IMG/VR virus record: IMGVR_UViG_3300033144_005150
DNA from: an uncultured virus (IMG/VR IMGVR_UViG_3300033144_005150)
Taxonomy: Duplodnaviria; Heunggongvirae; Uroviricota; Caudoviricetes
Strand: one strand, 5' to 3'
Length of the DNA stretch: 64,000 nt
Position numbers and translations under genes: made by a program. Below the pieces are notes generated by a model, which was not told the DNA's origin, did no database searches, and was given only the letters and a program-made list of their open reading frames with translations. Below are positions 18,199 through 27,663 of this stretch, one piece after another (within the stretch, counting starts at the first letter, position 1; each line of letters opens with the position of its first letter).

Positions 18199-18669
18199 CT
18201 AGTCCTCGTTGGCGAAGGGGATGAACGTGGCTTTGGGGGTGCGAGTACGGGGTCCTCCGTACCAAGCCTGCATGGGCATGTTGTCGAGCCAGTTGGACAG
18301 GGACGGGATACGACCGAGGTCTTCGATGACGTGTTGTTCGGCTACATCACGAACCGAGACATGCCTGTCGTCGCTGTTGACCATCGTGCAGGCGCGATCG
18401 GTCTTGGCTTCTTTGAGGAGCTCCAAGACGGCTAGTTTCTCTTCGTCACTCCAGTCGAACTTCTCAGCCGTTTTGTCGAGCATGGTGAGAGGCATTCCGA
18501 AGACACGTTCGACAACGTAGGGTCCGAGGCTGTTGTGGAAGATCGCTCGATGCCGCATATCGGCGTGAGCCGACTTCGAGATGTCCATGAAGTTGTGAAT
18601 GTCGAGGTAGTCCTCGGGCGATCCACCGAACTTTTTGACGCTGTTGCGAGCGTGGCGATGAGGCTTCAT
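18199..18669 (-). CDS. DUF6915-like protein
   Basis: HARNSVKKFGG..EDYLDIHNFMD.SK..HADMRHRA..H; AEQHVIEDLGRIP. Confidence 0.7.
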   Translation of the reverse strand: MKPHRHARNSVKKFGGSPEDYLDIHNFMDISKSAHADMRHRAIFHNSLGPYVVERVFGMPLTMLDKTAEKFDWSDEEKLAVLELLKEAKTDRACTMVNSDDRHVSVRDVAEQHVIEDLGRIPSLSNWLDNMPMQAWYGGPRTRTPKATFIPFANED

Positions 18670-18814
18670 CAAGGGTTCTACGCACCGACTTTTCACGATG
18701 GCCGGTTTACCGGCACAGAGTTGCATCCAAAAGGGGGATCACCCTGGATATGGGGTGCCTACGGCTGTGTGGCTGAAAACGGGGGTTTCGTGAAAATGGG
18801 GTATAACACCTGAC

Positions 18815-18973
18815 ATGGGAAGTGACATCGATCTGTACGCCAAAGGGGAGATGGGTTGGTGGGGCCTCTCGACCGATGAGAAGGACGAGGGCAAATGGTC
18901 CGAGGAGATGACGCGTCTCTACGACGATCTGCCTCCTGACACCATGCTCACCCTGGTGGACTGCCACATCTAG
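18815..18973 (+). CDS. 52-aa stand-alone copy of the C-terminal domain of 19480-20748
   Basis: YAKGEMGWW...LYDDLPPDTMLTLVDCHI; TATAAC 7 nt upstream. Confidence 0.7.
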   Translation: MGSDIDLYAKGEMGWWGLSTDEKDEGKWSEEMTRLYDDLPPDTMLTLVDCHI

Positions 18974-18982
18974 GAGACCGGT

Positions 18983-19483
18983 ATGGGAACTCGATCACTT
19001 ACTGTTTTCAAAGACGCGGCCCAGGAAGAGCACGACAGTGAGATCGCCGTGCTCTACCGTCAGTTCGACGGCCACCTCGACAGTCACGGCGCCGACATCG
19101 TCAAGTGTCTCGGTGATAAGACCGTGGTCAACGGCTACAATGCTGATGACCAGATCAATGGCGCCGGGTGCATGGCGGTGCAGCTCATCGCGTGGCTCAA
19201 ACAGAAGCACGCCCGCGAATTCAACCTGAGCGCCAAGGAGTACGTCAGCAAACCCGTCAACACGCCGGGCCAGTTCGTTCTCCACCCTCCGGGTACGCGC
19301 GACTGCTGTGAGGAGTACATCTACACGCTGACGTGCCCTGCACGCGGTGACTGGACCGCGTCCCCCCGCTGGGAGGACAAGGTCCACCTCAAGGTCGAGA
19401 ACACGTACGGCGAAGGTGAGGTGCTTTACGAGGGGCCTCTCGATGACTTCAATCCGTACATGCTTCGGGAGGACGAAGAATGA
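18983..19483 (+). CDS. hypothetical phage protein
   Basis: AGGAG RBS; MGTRSLT...YRQFDG. Confidence 0.75.
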   Translation: MGTRSLTVFKDAAQEEHDSEIAVLYRQFDGHLDSHGADIVKCLGDKTVVNGYNADDQINGAGCMAVQLIAWLKQKHAREFNLSAKEYVSKPVNTPGQFVLHPPGTRDCCEEYIYTLTCPARGDWTASPRWEDKVHLKVENTYGEGEVLYEGPLDDFNPYMLREDEE

Positions 19484-20748
19484 GTCATTTTCCAGTATTG
19501 GTGATCGGTGAAGAGCCGGTCAAGTTACTCCAGCCGTACCACGAGTTCGAGTGCACGGGCACCGATGATGAGTACGTGCAGGACCTCGACGAAACCCAAA
19601 ACACGCTCCTTGACTACGCGGAGGCGACCACATCGATGTTGATGTCTCCCGAAGGCGAACGGTTCGACTACTACGACAAACGGTTCTACACGGGGATACC
19701 TACGGACTCCGAGCGCGAACGAGGGCTGACGGACACCTACCGGGTGACGCCCGAAGGTTGGGAAACGGTCGAGGTTCCTACGAAAGAACTCAAAACGTTC
19801 ACCGAATATGTGCTCGGCCAACTGGAGGGGGAACAGGGGGAGAGTGCAAAGCACATTCTGCGTCCCGGTCAGGAGAGGGACGAAGGCCACAAATATCGTT
19901 TCATCGAACTGGACGAGAACGACGAAGTCCGTCGGGTGGTCAGGCGCACCAACCCCAACTCCCACTGGGACGGTTGGGTTCTCGGCGGGCGCTGGGGACG
20001 GTTTTTCAAACTCAAACCCGACTCCGAGTTCATCATCGACGACGTGGGCAACGGGGATCTTTATACGAAAGATAGCTGGCTTCAAACCGGCACGGAAGAG
20101 GAACTGGAGGCGTACGCCAACCATCCCGCAACGCGTGAGAGCCGACGCGAGTTGGTAGCCGAACTGACGGCCGCCCACTCCACCGATCACGTTCGGGTCA
20201 AAGACATCGATTTCGAGGCCGGTCGTGACCGTGCTGAGGAACGGGCTCGAACTCAGTTTGCCAAGTGGCGGGTGCTCTTCGTGAAACACGGGAAACCGTT
20301 ACCGTTTTCCCACTTCACCGAAATGCGGGACACGGCGGTTGCGAAGCTCAAGGAGCAGGGCATCGACAAGGAGGAATTGTCCTCTCTCTACGAAAGCGTC
20401 AAATACCTGGTGACGCGGGAGAACCAGGAAGACGAGCGAGCCCGAATGTCTTACAACGCTCAGCCGACCCTCAAGGCTGCGAACAAAATCCACCTGTCTG
20501 GGTTCCGATCCTCCCCGATGGAGATGTTCGGGTACGACGAAGAAGCCTACGTCGCCAAGATGCGCAACAAGGCGATGATTCCCTACGCCGTGATCAAGGA
20601 CGGGAAGTGGTTCGCCAAAGGCAAAATGCACATGTTCGCCCATTCCGACGACAACATGACCGACGAAGAGTGGTGCGCCCAAGTTCACAAGCTCTACGCC
20701 GAGCTTCCCGAGGACGCGTTGCTCACCCTGGTGGACTGTCACGTCTGA
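19480..20748 (+). CDS. hypothetical phage protein
   Basis: 422 aa; NPNSHWDGWVLGGRW; ends LTLVDCHV. Confidence 0.8.
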   Translation: MSHFPVLVIGEEPVKLLQPYHEFECTGTDDEYVQDLDETQNTLLDYAEATTSMLMSPEGERFDYYDKRFYTGIPTDSERERGLTDTYRVTPEGWETVEVPTKELKTFTEYVLGQLEGEQGESAKHILRPGQERDEGHKYRFIELDENDEVRRVVRRTNPNSHWDGWVLGGRWGRFFKLKPDSEFIIDDVGNGDLYTKDSWLQTGTEEELEAYANHPATRESRRELVAELTAAHSTDHVRVKDIDFEAGRDRAEERARTQFAKWRVLFVKHGKPLPFSHFTEMRDTAVAKLKEQGIDKEELSSLYESVKYLVTRENQEDERARMSYNAQPTLKAANKIHLSGFRSSPMEMFGYDEEAYVAKMRNKAMIPYAVIKDGKWFAKGKMHMFAHSDDNMTDEEWCAQVHKLYAELPEDALLTLVDCHV

Positions 20749-20776
20749 GGCTCTCGAAAGCCTCCAGACAGATTTC

Positions 20777-21310
20777 CTAGGACTCGCGCTTAGCCTCTTT
20801 GCGTTCGCCGGGACCGCAGAGGTCCAGGATGAATCGAAGTCCCATAGCGGCGACCTGGACAGCCTCAGCGCGGACGTTTTCGGGGGTGGCATCCTTCGAT
20901 CGGACTTCCTCCCACAGTTCGTCCACTTCCTCAAGCAAAACGGCGTACCCGTGATGCTCGGAAGGGAACGGCTGGAACTTGGCTCGAGCGCGGCCGAGCT
21001 CGGCCAAGACCTCCTGGACCGCCGAGATCACATCGAGTTCGACGTGATGACTTGTGAGGTCAAAGGTCTCCTTGGGCCATGCTTGTTCCCTTTGGTGTTG
21101 GAGGGCTTCGTCCTGACGCTGGAAGTGCTCGTCCAGGAGGTACATGAGCTCCTCCCCGTTGTCTCCGTCGCCTCCTGACTTGAAACAGAACCCATCGTCG
21201 TTCAGATCGAAATCGATCTTGGCGACGTTTTTGTAGATCTCCTCGGAGCGGGGATCGTGAGCGACGCCAGTTTCCCAGCGTTGGTTCGGAGTACGAGCTT
21301 CGGAAGCCAT
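20777..21310 (-). CDS. protein with MazG-like (dimeric NTP pyrophosphatase) C-terminal domain
   Basis: LLEEVDELWEEV...EAVQVAAM. Confidence 0.6.
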   Translation of the reverse strand: MASEARTPNQRWETGVAHDPRSEEIYKNVAKIDFDLNDDGFCFKSGGDGDNGEELMYLLDEHFQRQDEALQHQREQAWPKETFDLTSHHVELDVISAVQEVLAELGRARAKFQPFPSEHHGYAVLLEEVDELWEEVRSKDATPENVRAEAVQVAAMGLRFILDLCGPGERKEAKRES

Positions 21311-21349
21311 CGAGACTTCTACCCCTCGTTTCGTGAAAAGTCGAGACCG

Positions 21350-21886
21350 TCAGCACTGACTTTTGACGTGTCCCCACATCAGCAGGTCGTCGATGGCCGT
21401 GATGACCAATGGGTTCTTTTCGATGTTTTTGTGTTTGCCTTTGACGGCGATATTCTCCGTGGGAGGTCCGATGAGGTACCCCGATCGAAAACCGTACTGA
21501 TGAAAGTTTTTGGCGTAGTTGATCTTGGGAATCGACCGCGTCCTGCGCTGCATCCTCGACAACGTGAAAGCGGGGTCAAGCGTGACCATCGCCACCGCTC
21601 GGAAATTGAACAGGTCCTCTCGATCGGCCAACTTCCATAGGAGCCTGGTGCACCAATGGGCCCCGTAGCTCTTGCCGACCAGGCAGAGAACTTGGTCCTT
21701 TTTGGAGAGTTTGGACAGTTTTTTTCGGATGCGGGTGAATTTGACGATCCCAGCCCCTCCCCGTCCCTGGATCAGGGTGATGTTGTCCGTGGAGGGCAAT
21801 CTGCCTATGGATTTGGCGACGATGTTCGTCACGTCTACACGGTTCTTACGGTCCCCTAGGAACCCGTTTAAGGCAACTACGATCAT
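21350..21886 (-). CDS. alpha/beta hydrolase-fold protein
   Basis: GKSYG nucleophile elbow; TLDP; late His. Confidence 0.6.
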   Translation of the reverse strand: MIVVALNGFLGDRKNRVDVTNIVAKSIGRLPSTDNITLIQGRGGAGIVKFTRIRKKLSKLSKKDQVLCLVGKSYGAHWCTRLLWKLADREDLFNFRAVAMVTLDPAFTLSRMQRRTRSIPKINYAKNFHQYGFRSGYLIGPPTENIAVKGKHKNIEKNPLVITAIDDLLMWGHVKSQC

Positions 21887-21950
21887 GGGTTTCTCTCTAC
21901 CCAAAGGACGGCTATAGGAATGCGATTGGCGCAAAACGGGTATAAGCCTC

Positions 21951-22517
21951 GTGGTGCCGCTGCCCCCGCCAGATGCCGAGATGCTCGAGGACCTTCGAGT
22001 GCGACGGGAGTCCGTGTTCCGAGGAGCCGTGGCGGTCACCGCCAGCGCCTTGGGAGTCTGGGGAATCAACATCGTCGGCGCCATTTACTGGCCAAGCCCA
22101 TGGTTCGGGTTGGGCGTCGTCAGTGCGTTGACATGCGTTCTTGTCACCATCTTCACGATGACCCTATGGCGTCTTCATCGACGGCTGCGCCTCCAGATGA
22201 CGGGTCGCATTTTTATCATCGTGGCTGAACCGTTCGGGGTGTTGATCGTGGAGGGACCTGCGAAAGAGGGGCGCAAATGGAAGGTGACCCAGCAGCGTCC
22301 GCTGAAATGGTGGAACCCCATGGTCACGCTGATGGATCCAACGGGTCGAGGCCCCACGATATCGAAAGCCCTCCTTGATCTGTGGGTTTCCCAGGAGCCC
22401 GACATGAAAGGGATCCCCCAAAAAGCCTTTGATGAACTGACCGACAACCTGGAGGTCGAACTTCAAAAAACTTTCGTACCCTCGGTGGAGGATTCCTCCC
22501 AGGAGCGTGTAGAGTGA
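21951..22517 (+). CDS. membrane protein
   Basis: two TM segments; TATAAG upstream. Confidence 0.6.
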   Translation: MVPLPPPDAEMLEDLRVRRESVFRGAVAVTASALGVWGINIVGAIYWPSPWFGLGVVSALTCVLVTIFTMTLWRLHRRLRLQMTGRIFIIVAEPFGVLIVEGPAKEGRKWKVTQQRPLKWWNPMVTLMDPTGRGPTISKALLDLWVSQEPDMKGIPQKAFDELTDNLEVELQKTFVPSVEDSSQERVE

Positions 22518-22854
22518 ACTCGCGTCCCCCATTCTGGGGATTTCTGCGCATGGTGCCCGGGGAGATCCCGGTGACAAGGTGGACGGTTTTTGAGGGCTTA
22601 CCGGCCGGGTTTCGCGATTGTGACCTTTTGGCCTTCATGAAACACGCGGAATGTCGGCGGTAGGGGGCCTGAGCGCACCCCCTACGCGGCCGACTTTTTG
22701 TGTAAAAAGTTCCCAGGCTCCGTGCAGGGTTTGATCTCCCCCGGATCAACCCTTTGATTTATAGTTTCTCGACTTCGGGTGTCAGCTTTTTCTTTTCACG
22801 GAGTGTCAGAAATAGAGGCCCCCGCCCGTCTACTAAATACAAGGACCAAACCAC

Positions 22855-23436
22855 ATGACCGACAGCAACAGCACCCCCACCTTTGGCATCAACAGTTTCG
22901 TGCTCCGGCAGACCACTAGGAGCGAGTTCACCCACTTTGAGGGTGGCTGGGACCGGCTTCTTGAGCTCGTCGTCGAGAATTTCGACCGGGCTGTGCCTGG
23001 ATACCGGCCCGGGGTATGCCTGGTCCCGGTGCCCGCAGAGGGATTCTTCTGCGGCGTTGTGGAGCTCCAGGAGGGTGACAAGCTCACGGGGGCCTACGAG
23101 GCCCGGCGCGCTGGAGAGGAGCCCAGGAAGACGCTCAGGGCCGTCTCCGAGGGCAAGACCAAAATGCCCTCGGTCAAAGTCGATATCGTGCTCTACAGCC
23201 GGGAGGTCCTGGCTGAGGGGGACGACGACCCAACCGGTCAGGACTGGGACGTGATCAGTGTGAACGGGAACCCCACAGATGGGGAGATGCCGATCGCGCC
23301 GATGACGTTGATCGCCAACCATTTCGAGCTCGATGGTGGGACCGCGACCGGGATGTCTCCGGAAGAGTTCGAGACGGCACTGCGCGAGTCGGTGTTGTTC
23401 TGGAAAAACAAAGCGATGCTTGCGCCGAAGGGCTGA
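22855..23436 (+). CDS. DUF3228-like protein
   Basis: PGYRPGV, YEARRAGE, IVLYSRE, PMTLIAN..GGT motifs. Confidence 0.65.
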   Translation: MTDSNSTPTFGINSFVLRQTTRSEFTHFEGGWDRLLELVVENFDRAVPGYRPGVCLVPVPAEGFFCGVVELQEGDKLTGAYEARRAGEEPRKTLRAVSEGKTKMPSVKVDIVLYSREVLAEGDDDPTGQDWDVISVNGNPTDGEMPIAPMTLIANHFELDGGTATGMSPEEFETALRESVLFWKNKAMLAPKG

Positions 23437-23589
23437 GCGTCACCCTTTTGTCACCCTGTGATCCGGGACACTGCGCGCATCCGGCGGAAAATGAGGCGAT
23501 TGATACGTGCGACCCTGCGATTTTCGTAGGGTCGTGCTTTTCAAATCGCACTAACCTTTGCATGAGACACTGTAGGTGTAGGTGTACTC

Positions 23590-23946
23590 ATGTCGGAGAT
23601 TCAGGTAACCCAGGAAAAGGTTCGCGCCCTGTTGGATGAGCTGCGCACTTGGGATGCGGGCGAAGAGCGTTGCACTCTGCAGGCGCTCATGGAGAGGTTT
23701 GAGCTCGATCGTTTCGTCGTAGAACGTGTCGCTCGCAGTGAGGGGTTTTATTTCAGGGACGACCGGGAACCGCCCCCGAGCACGGACCCCAACGCGTCCA
23801 CGTTGGACCTCGATCCAGACGAGATTCAACGGGCATTGACGCAACCGGAAACGAATCCCGACTACTTGCCCGATCAGGACACCGGACTCTGGCGCAAGAA
23901 CCCTACGGGGGACTGGGAACTCATCCGCAAGAAACCTAGAACCTGA
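23590..23946 (+). CDS. hypothetical protein
   Basis: 118-aa ORF. Confidence 0.6.
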   Translation: MSEIQVTQEKVRALLDELRTWDAGEERCTLQALMERFELDRFVVERVARSEGFYFRDDREPPPSTDPNASTLDLDPDEIQRALTQPETNPDYLPDQDTGLWRKNPTGDWELIRKKPRT

Positions 23947-24766
23947 TCGGTTCTTGGAACGTCGGGAGCCTTCCGTATCGAGCGCTCCCAACACGCACCA
24001 CGAGGTTTTCCCGGGGTTGGTATTCCCGTTTCCCGTGCGTGTGTCCGGCGTAGACTTCGAGGTTCAACTGACGGTGTTCGTCGGCCAGTTCGAGCAGGGC
24101 CTCACCGAGCACCTGGTTGACGTAGAAAGGAGCGGCCTTGGCCTCGGAAGGTTTGCCTCGAAAGTAGCTGGCTTCTCGAAACGGCGGAACGTGGGTGATG
24201 ATCAGGATGCGTCGAGCTCCTTGGTCTCGAGCTTGGACGACCATCTTGCGGATGTGGTCCGCTGATGCGGCGCCTAGTTCCTGGAGTTTGTCGAACAGGG
24301 CGTGCGAGCTTTGGTCGAAAGCGTGGACCAGGTCCAGGATGCCGTTGGGCATGTAGAACTCGCTTAGGGAGAAGGAGAGCCCTGGTTCGCCTGCTTGCCC
24401 GTCGTACCAGCCTTCGTGCCCGATGATGGCTGTGCGGTCGTCGAGCATCAGGACGCCCACGTCGGTCATCCAGTTCAGGATCCCGGGAGGGACGGCGTTG
24501 CAGATGCTGCGGACGCGAGCGTGGGTGTCGGCCATCCAGGCACCGTAGTGATCGTGGTTCCCCAGGATGAAGTAGATGGGACGCCGGTAGCACCCGGAGA
24601 GGATCTCCAGGAACTGGTAGATCGTTTTGGACTCCGCGATGTCACCGGTGATGACGAGGCCGTCGGACTTTCGAGCCGCCAGTTTTTTCACGAAGTTCAA
24701 CAGCATCGTCTCGCCCTTGAGATGATCCAGATGCGGGTCAGTGATCCAGTCGAAATGTTTAGTCAC
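23936..24766 (-). CDS. calcineurin-like metallophosphoesterase (CpdA/Icc-like)
   Basis: DxH, GD, GNHD, HxPP, GHTH motifs. Confidence 0.85.
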   Translation of the reverse strand: MTKHFDWITDPHLDHLKGETMLLNFVKKLAARKSDGLVITGDIAESKTIYQFLEILSGCYRRPIYFILGNHDHYGAWMADTHARVRSICNAVPPGILNWMTDVGVLMLDDRTAIIGHEGWYDGQAGEPGLSFSLSEFYMPNGILDLVHAFDQSSHALFDKLQELGAASADHIRKMVVQARDQGARRILIITHVPPFREASYFRGKPSEAKAAPFYVNQVLGEALLELADEHRQLNLEVYAGHTHGKREYQPRENLVVRVGSARYGRLPTFQEPIRF

Positions 24767-25076
24767 CGCTCTCCTCCATGTTCTCGACCTGGGTGGCCAG
24801 CTCGACCATACTCCGCTCGTACTTCTGGTGCTTCGTCTTCATCTGATCGAGTTCCTGACGCATCTGTTTCTGCTGTTCTCTGACGTGCTCGAATTGATGT
24901 TCGCGGGTGAAAAATGCGGAGCCAATGTACGCGATCCCGATGAGGAGAAAGACGAGGAGACCGGCGACGGCGGCTCCGGTCGTATGGTTGACGAAGAAGA
25001 CTCCGCTGGACGACTCATGGTTCCGTGTCTCGGGGGCCTCCGGTTCTCGATCCGCCTCGGTCACGGTTTGTGGCAC
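24759..25076 (-). CDS. membrane-anchored coiled-coil protein
   Basis: TM segment followed by coiled coil. Confidence 0.55.
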   Translation of the reverse strand: MPQTVTEADREPEAPETRNHESSSGVFFVNHTTGAAVAGLLVFLLIGIAYIGSAFFTREHQFEHVREQQKQMRQELDQMKTKHQKYERSMVELATQVENMEESGD

Positions 25077-25312
25077 GCGCAATCGCGGGGACGCAATACG
25101 TTCCCGTTTCTTGCTGTAGTCTCCTTGGCGATCCACACCCTCAGTGGAGCACAGGCAAATTAGCGATGCCCCACCACCGTGTCGTACCCGCGATCTTCGG
25201 GGGGACACAGTGGCAAAGCACCAGTTGGGACGCGAATTGCGGAGGCTTTACAGGGGCGCGTCTGTCGCGTCACCCTCTCTTAACCCGCGCTTTTACACGC
25301 TTTCAATCGATG

Positions 25313-25696
25313 TCACCAGACGCCGCCGTGGACGCTGATGGATTCGCGCCCATCATGCTCGTTGACCTCGATGTTGACCGTCACTTCGACCACCCTGAGA
25401 TTGGCGGTCATCGTCCGAAGCAGGCTGCTCTGCTCGCGCCATGCCAGCGATTCGTCGGAGTCGATTTTGACTTCGTACTCGGCCAGAAGTTCCTCGACCA
25501 CGGCGACGAGATCGGGGTCATTGCGTAGCCATTCACGGTCGTCGTAGGGCAGGTAGTAGTTCGAGTTCCCGGGACCGGTTTGTCCGCAGCGATCCACCCA
25601 TTTGCAGCCGCGCTTCTTGAGACGTTCGACCATCTCTTTGGTCAGGGAGAATCCACCGTACTCGTCGTGGATGACGGCTTTCACTTTCCAGTTCAT
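25313..25696 (-). CDS. hypothetical phage protein
   Basis: YGGFSL...RNDPDLVAVVEEL...EHDGRE. Confidence 0.7.
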   Translation of the reverse strand: MNWKVKAVIHDEYGGFSLTKEMVERLKKRGCKWVDRCGQTGPGNSNYYLPYDDREWLRNDPDLVAVVEELLAEYEVKIDSDESLAWREQSSLLRTMTANLRVVEVTVNIEVNEHDGRESISVHGGVW

Positions 25697-25710
25697 GGCA
25701 TGTCTCCGTT

Positions 25711-25992
25711 CTAGAATTGAGTCCAACCGGCGCTTTCACACCGGCGCCGCACACCGTCGTCGCCGACGATGACATCTCCTACGGAAGTTGAGCGCGAACC
25801 TTCTGTGAAGGACTTGACCTCGGGGTTTTTCCACCAATCCGCGTCGATGTGGTTGGTGATTCGGAATACGTCACCGTAGTTTTCGGCGGGGCACTCGACC
25901 TCTGCGACGACCGTGAAATTGTCGTCGTTGAACTCGGGTGTTTCGCCGAAACCGAAAGTAGGAGTTTTGTGATGGTAGACTTTGAAAATCAT
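25711..25992 (-). CDS. hypothetical phage protein
   Basis: RSTSVGDVIV motif; GGAGG RBS. Confidence 0.7.
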   Translation of the reverse strand: MIFKVYHHKTPTFGFGETPEFNDDNFTVVAEVECPAENYGDVFRITNHIDADWWKNPEVKSFTEGSRSTSVGDVIVGDDGVRRRCESAGWTQF

Positions 25993-26080
25993 GGCGTTCG
26001 CGCCTCCGCTCTATGCACGGAGCGGGGGAAGAATTTACATTTGCGCGATGGGCGCGAAAATAAAAGTTCGAGAAAGGCCC

Positions 26081-26109
26081 TTGACGAGCCCTGGGAGCGT
26101 CTCTACGAT
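26081..26109 (+). promoter_or_regulatory. sigma70-type promoter
   Basis: TTGACG-N17-TACGAT. Confidence 0.65.
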
Positions 26110-26111
26110 GG

Positions 26112-26630
26112 GTGGCATGCAAGCACGAGCTTGACAGCCTAGGGCGCCCCACCCAGAGTGAGGGGCACAGTGAAGGAACCTGGAGCACGGCCACAGCGGC
26201 CCTGCGAAGGTTCTTCGCAAACATTTGGCCACTCCCCTTTGGAGGGGACCTGAGCGTAAGCACCTCGGGAACAAGCGGGTTCGAGACCCGTAGTGGCTGC
26301 CAGTCTCTTGAGACTGCGACTTCAAGTACGCACTACTGCATTCTGAGGAAAGACCTCCCTCTTGGGGTTCTTGCTGCGCAGCGGATCCATGCTGCGGGTG
26401 AGAGCGCTCCCAAGGGTGGTGTCTCTTCCGGCACGTACGCCGTGGCATTGGCCGCCAAGAGCGAGGAACACCTCGCTTTCTTGGAAGACAACCTGCGGCG
26501 TCTTTCTATTCCTCATGTCGCGATCCGTGAACCGGACCGTGGCGATGAGCTCATGGCCATTGGCATTCGGCCTGTGGCTGACCGTAACCAACTCAAGAAA
26601 GTGACGAGCAGCCTTCCGCTGCTCAAATGA
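26112..26630 (+). CDS. Pth2-like peptidyl-tRNA hydrolase (start uncertain; domain begins about 26330)
   Basis: YCILRKDL..G..AAQ..HA...IREPD...AIGI.P...LPLLK. Confidence 0.7.
   Translation: MACKHELDSLGRPTQSEGHSEGTWSTATAALRRFFANIWPLPFGGDLSVSTSGTSGFETRSGCQSLETATSSTHYCILRKDLPLGVLAAQRIHAAGESAPKGGVSSGTYAVALAAKSEEHLAFLEDNLRRLSIPHVAIREPDRGDELMAIGIRPVADRNQLKKVTSSLPLLK
26227..26302 (+). ncRNA. tRNA-like element inside the 5' part of the Pth2-like ORF
   Basis: GGCCACT/AGTGGCT-G-CCA; T arm GCGGG-TTCGAGA-CCCGT; non-canonical D and anticodon arms. Confidence 0.55.
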
Positions 26631-26644
26631 AAAGGAACAAGACA

Positions 26645-26908
26645 ATGAACATCAACATCTCTCAACTCAAGCAAGATCGTCGTGAACTCGAGGCCCGAAT
26701 ACGGCTCGTGAAGAGGGCGCTCCGTTCTACCTGGACCAAGCCCATGGCCGACACCCAGTACGAACTGATCTCCCTCAAGCGACAGGCTACGGAACTGTGC
26801 ATCCTTCGTGCGTACGCCCGTGGTCGCTGGCATCTCCCCGATGCTGACTACTGCAAGGAAGTCGCCGAGCGCATTGCGCCCCGGTACGCACGAGAGGAAG
26901 CAGCCTAG
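26645..26908 (+). CDS. hypothetical protein
   Basis: basic helical protein; AAGGA RBS. Confidence 0.65.
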   Translation: MNINISQLKQDRRELEARIRLVKRALRSTWTKPMADTQYELISLKRQATELCILRAYARGRWHLPDADYCKEVAERIAPRYAREEAA

Positions 26909-26940
26909 TAGACCCTGTCGCCTTCACCGGCGACACCCAA

Positions 26941-27016
26941 GCCCTCGTAGCTCATTGGTAGAGCGACGGACACTTAATCCGGAGGTAGTGCGGTTCGATT
27001 CCCGCCGAGGGCTCCA
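26941..27016 (+). tRNA. atypical tRNA, loop CACTTAA (Lys CTT with A33)
   Basis: GCCCTCG/CGAGGGC-T-CCA; irregular T stem. Confidence 0.6.
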
Positions 27017-27047
27017 ACGAAACCCATCATGAACACTTCAACCCCAT

Positions 27048-27125
27048 ACCCGCCTAGCTCAGTTGGTAGAGCGTCTCCCATCAAACGGAGAAGGTCGTCT
27101 GGTTCGAATCCGGCGGCGGGTACCA
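27048..27125 (+). tRNA. atypical tRNA, 8-nt loop CATCAAAC (TCA or CAA)
   Basis: ACCCGCC/GGCGGGT-A-CCA; canonical D arm. Confidence 0.6.
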
Positions 27126-27263
27126 TTCTGTGTGGCTGGCTCGGCAGCGGCACACAGAAGCTGAACCTCAAGGTGTGGTTCACCTACCGGTACCGAGTGG
27201 AGCCAACGACCAATGGCGTTAAGAGTAGGTCCAGACTCCGGGGTGAAAGGCCCGGATGCCAAC

Positions 27264-27339
27264 GCGCCCGTAGCTCAGAGGTAGAGCTCCTGTTTAAGCA
27301 ACCAGGTTGTCGCCGGTTCGAGTCCGGTCGGGCGCCCCA
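27264..27339 (+). tRNA. atypical tRNA, expanded loop TTAAGCAA (anticodon undetermined)
   Basis: GCGCCCG/CGGGCGC-C-CCA; canonical D and T arms. Confidence 0.6.
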
Positions 27340-27360
27340 TGAAACGAAAGAACAAGAACA

Positions 27361-27663
27361 ATGAGCTGGGCTGATCGGAATATCGCGGAACTCCGCGAAG
27401 GGAAAACCAGCCAGTGTCGGCCCCATGGGGGGTCGATGAGAGGACGGATCGAGAGCGGCCAGTTGGTCACCCTCGATCCCAACAAGACGCCCGAAGTTGA
27501 CGACGCGGTTCTGTGTCGCTGCAAAGGAAACGTGTACGTCCATCTGGTGAAGGCCGTTCAGGGGCACCGCGAGAAACGCCGCTACCTGATCGGCAACAAC
27601 CGGGGTGGGACGAACGGCTGGACGACCACCATCTACGGGGTCGTCACGGAGGTCACGGACTGA
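27361..27663 (+). CDS. S24/S26 peptidase-like protein
   Basis: GGSMRGRIESG.LV.L.P...D.VLC...VHLVK. Confidence 0.55.
   Translation: MSWADRNIAELREGKTSQCRPHGGSMRGRIESGQLVTLDPNKTPEVDDAVLCRCKGNVYVHLVKAVQGHREKRRYLIGNNRGGTNGWTTTIYGVVTEVTD

Noticed and set aside
27048..27125. tRNA-Sec or evidence of genome-wide stop-codon recoding
   Set aside because: No long V arm or extended acceptor stem; TGA and TAG end well-conserved genes normally in this window.
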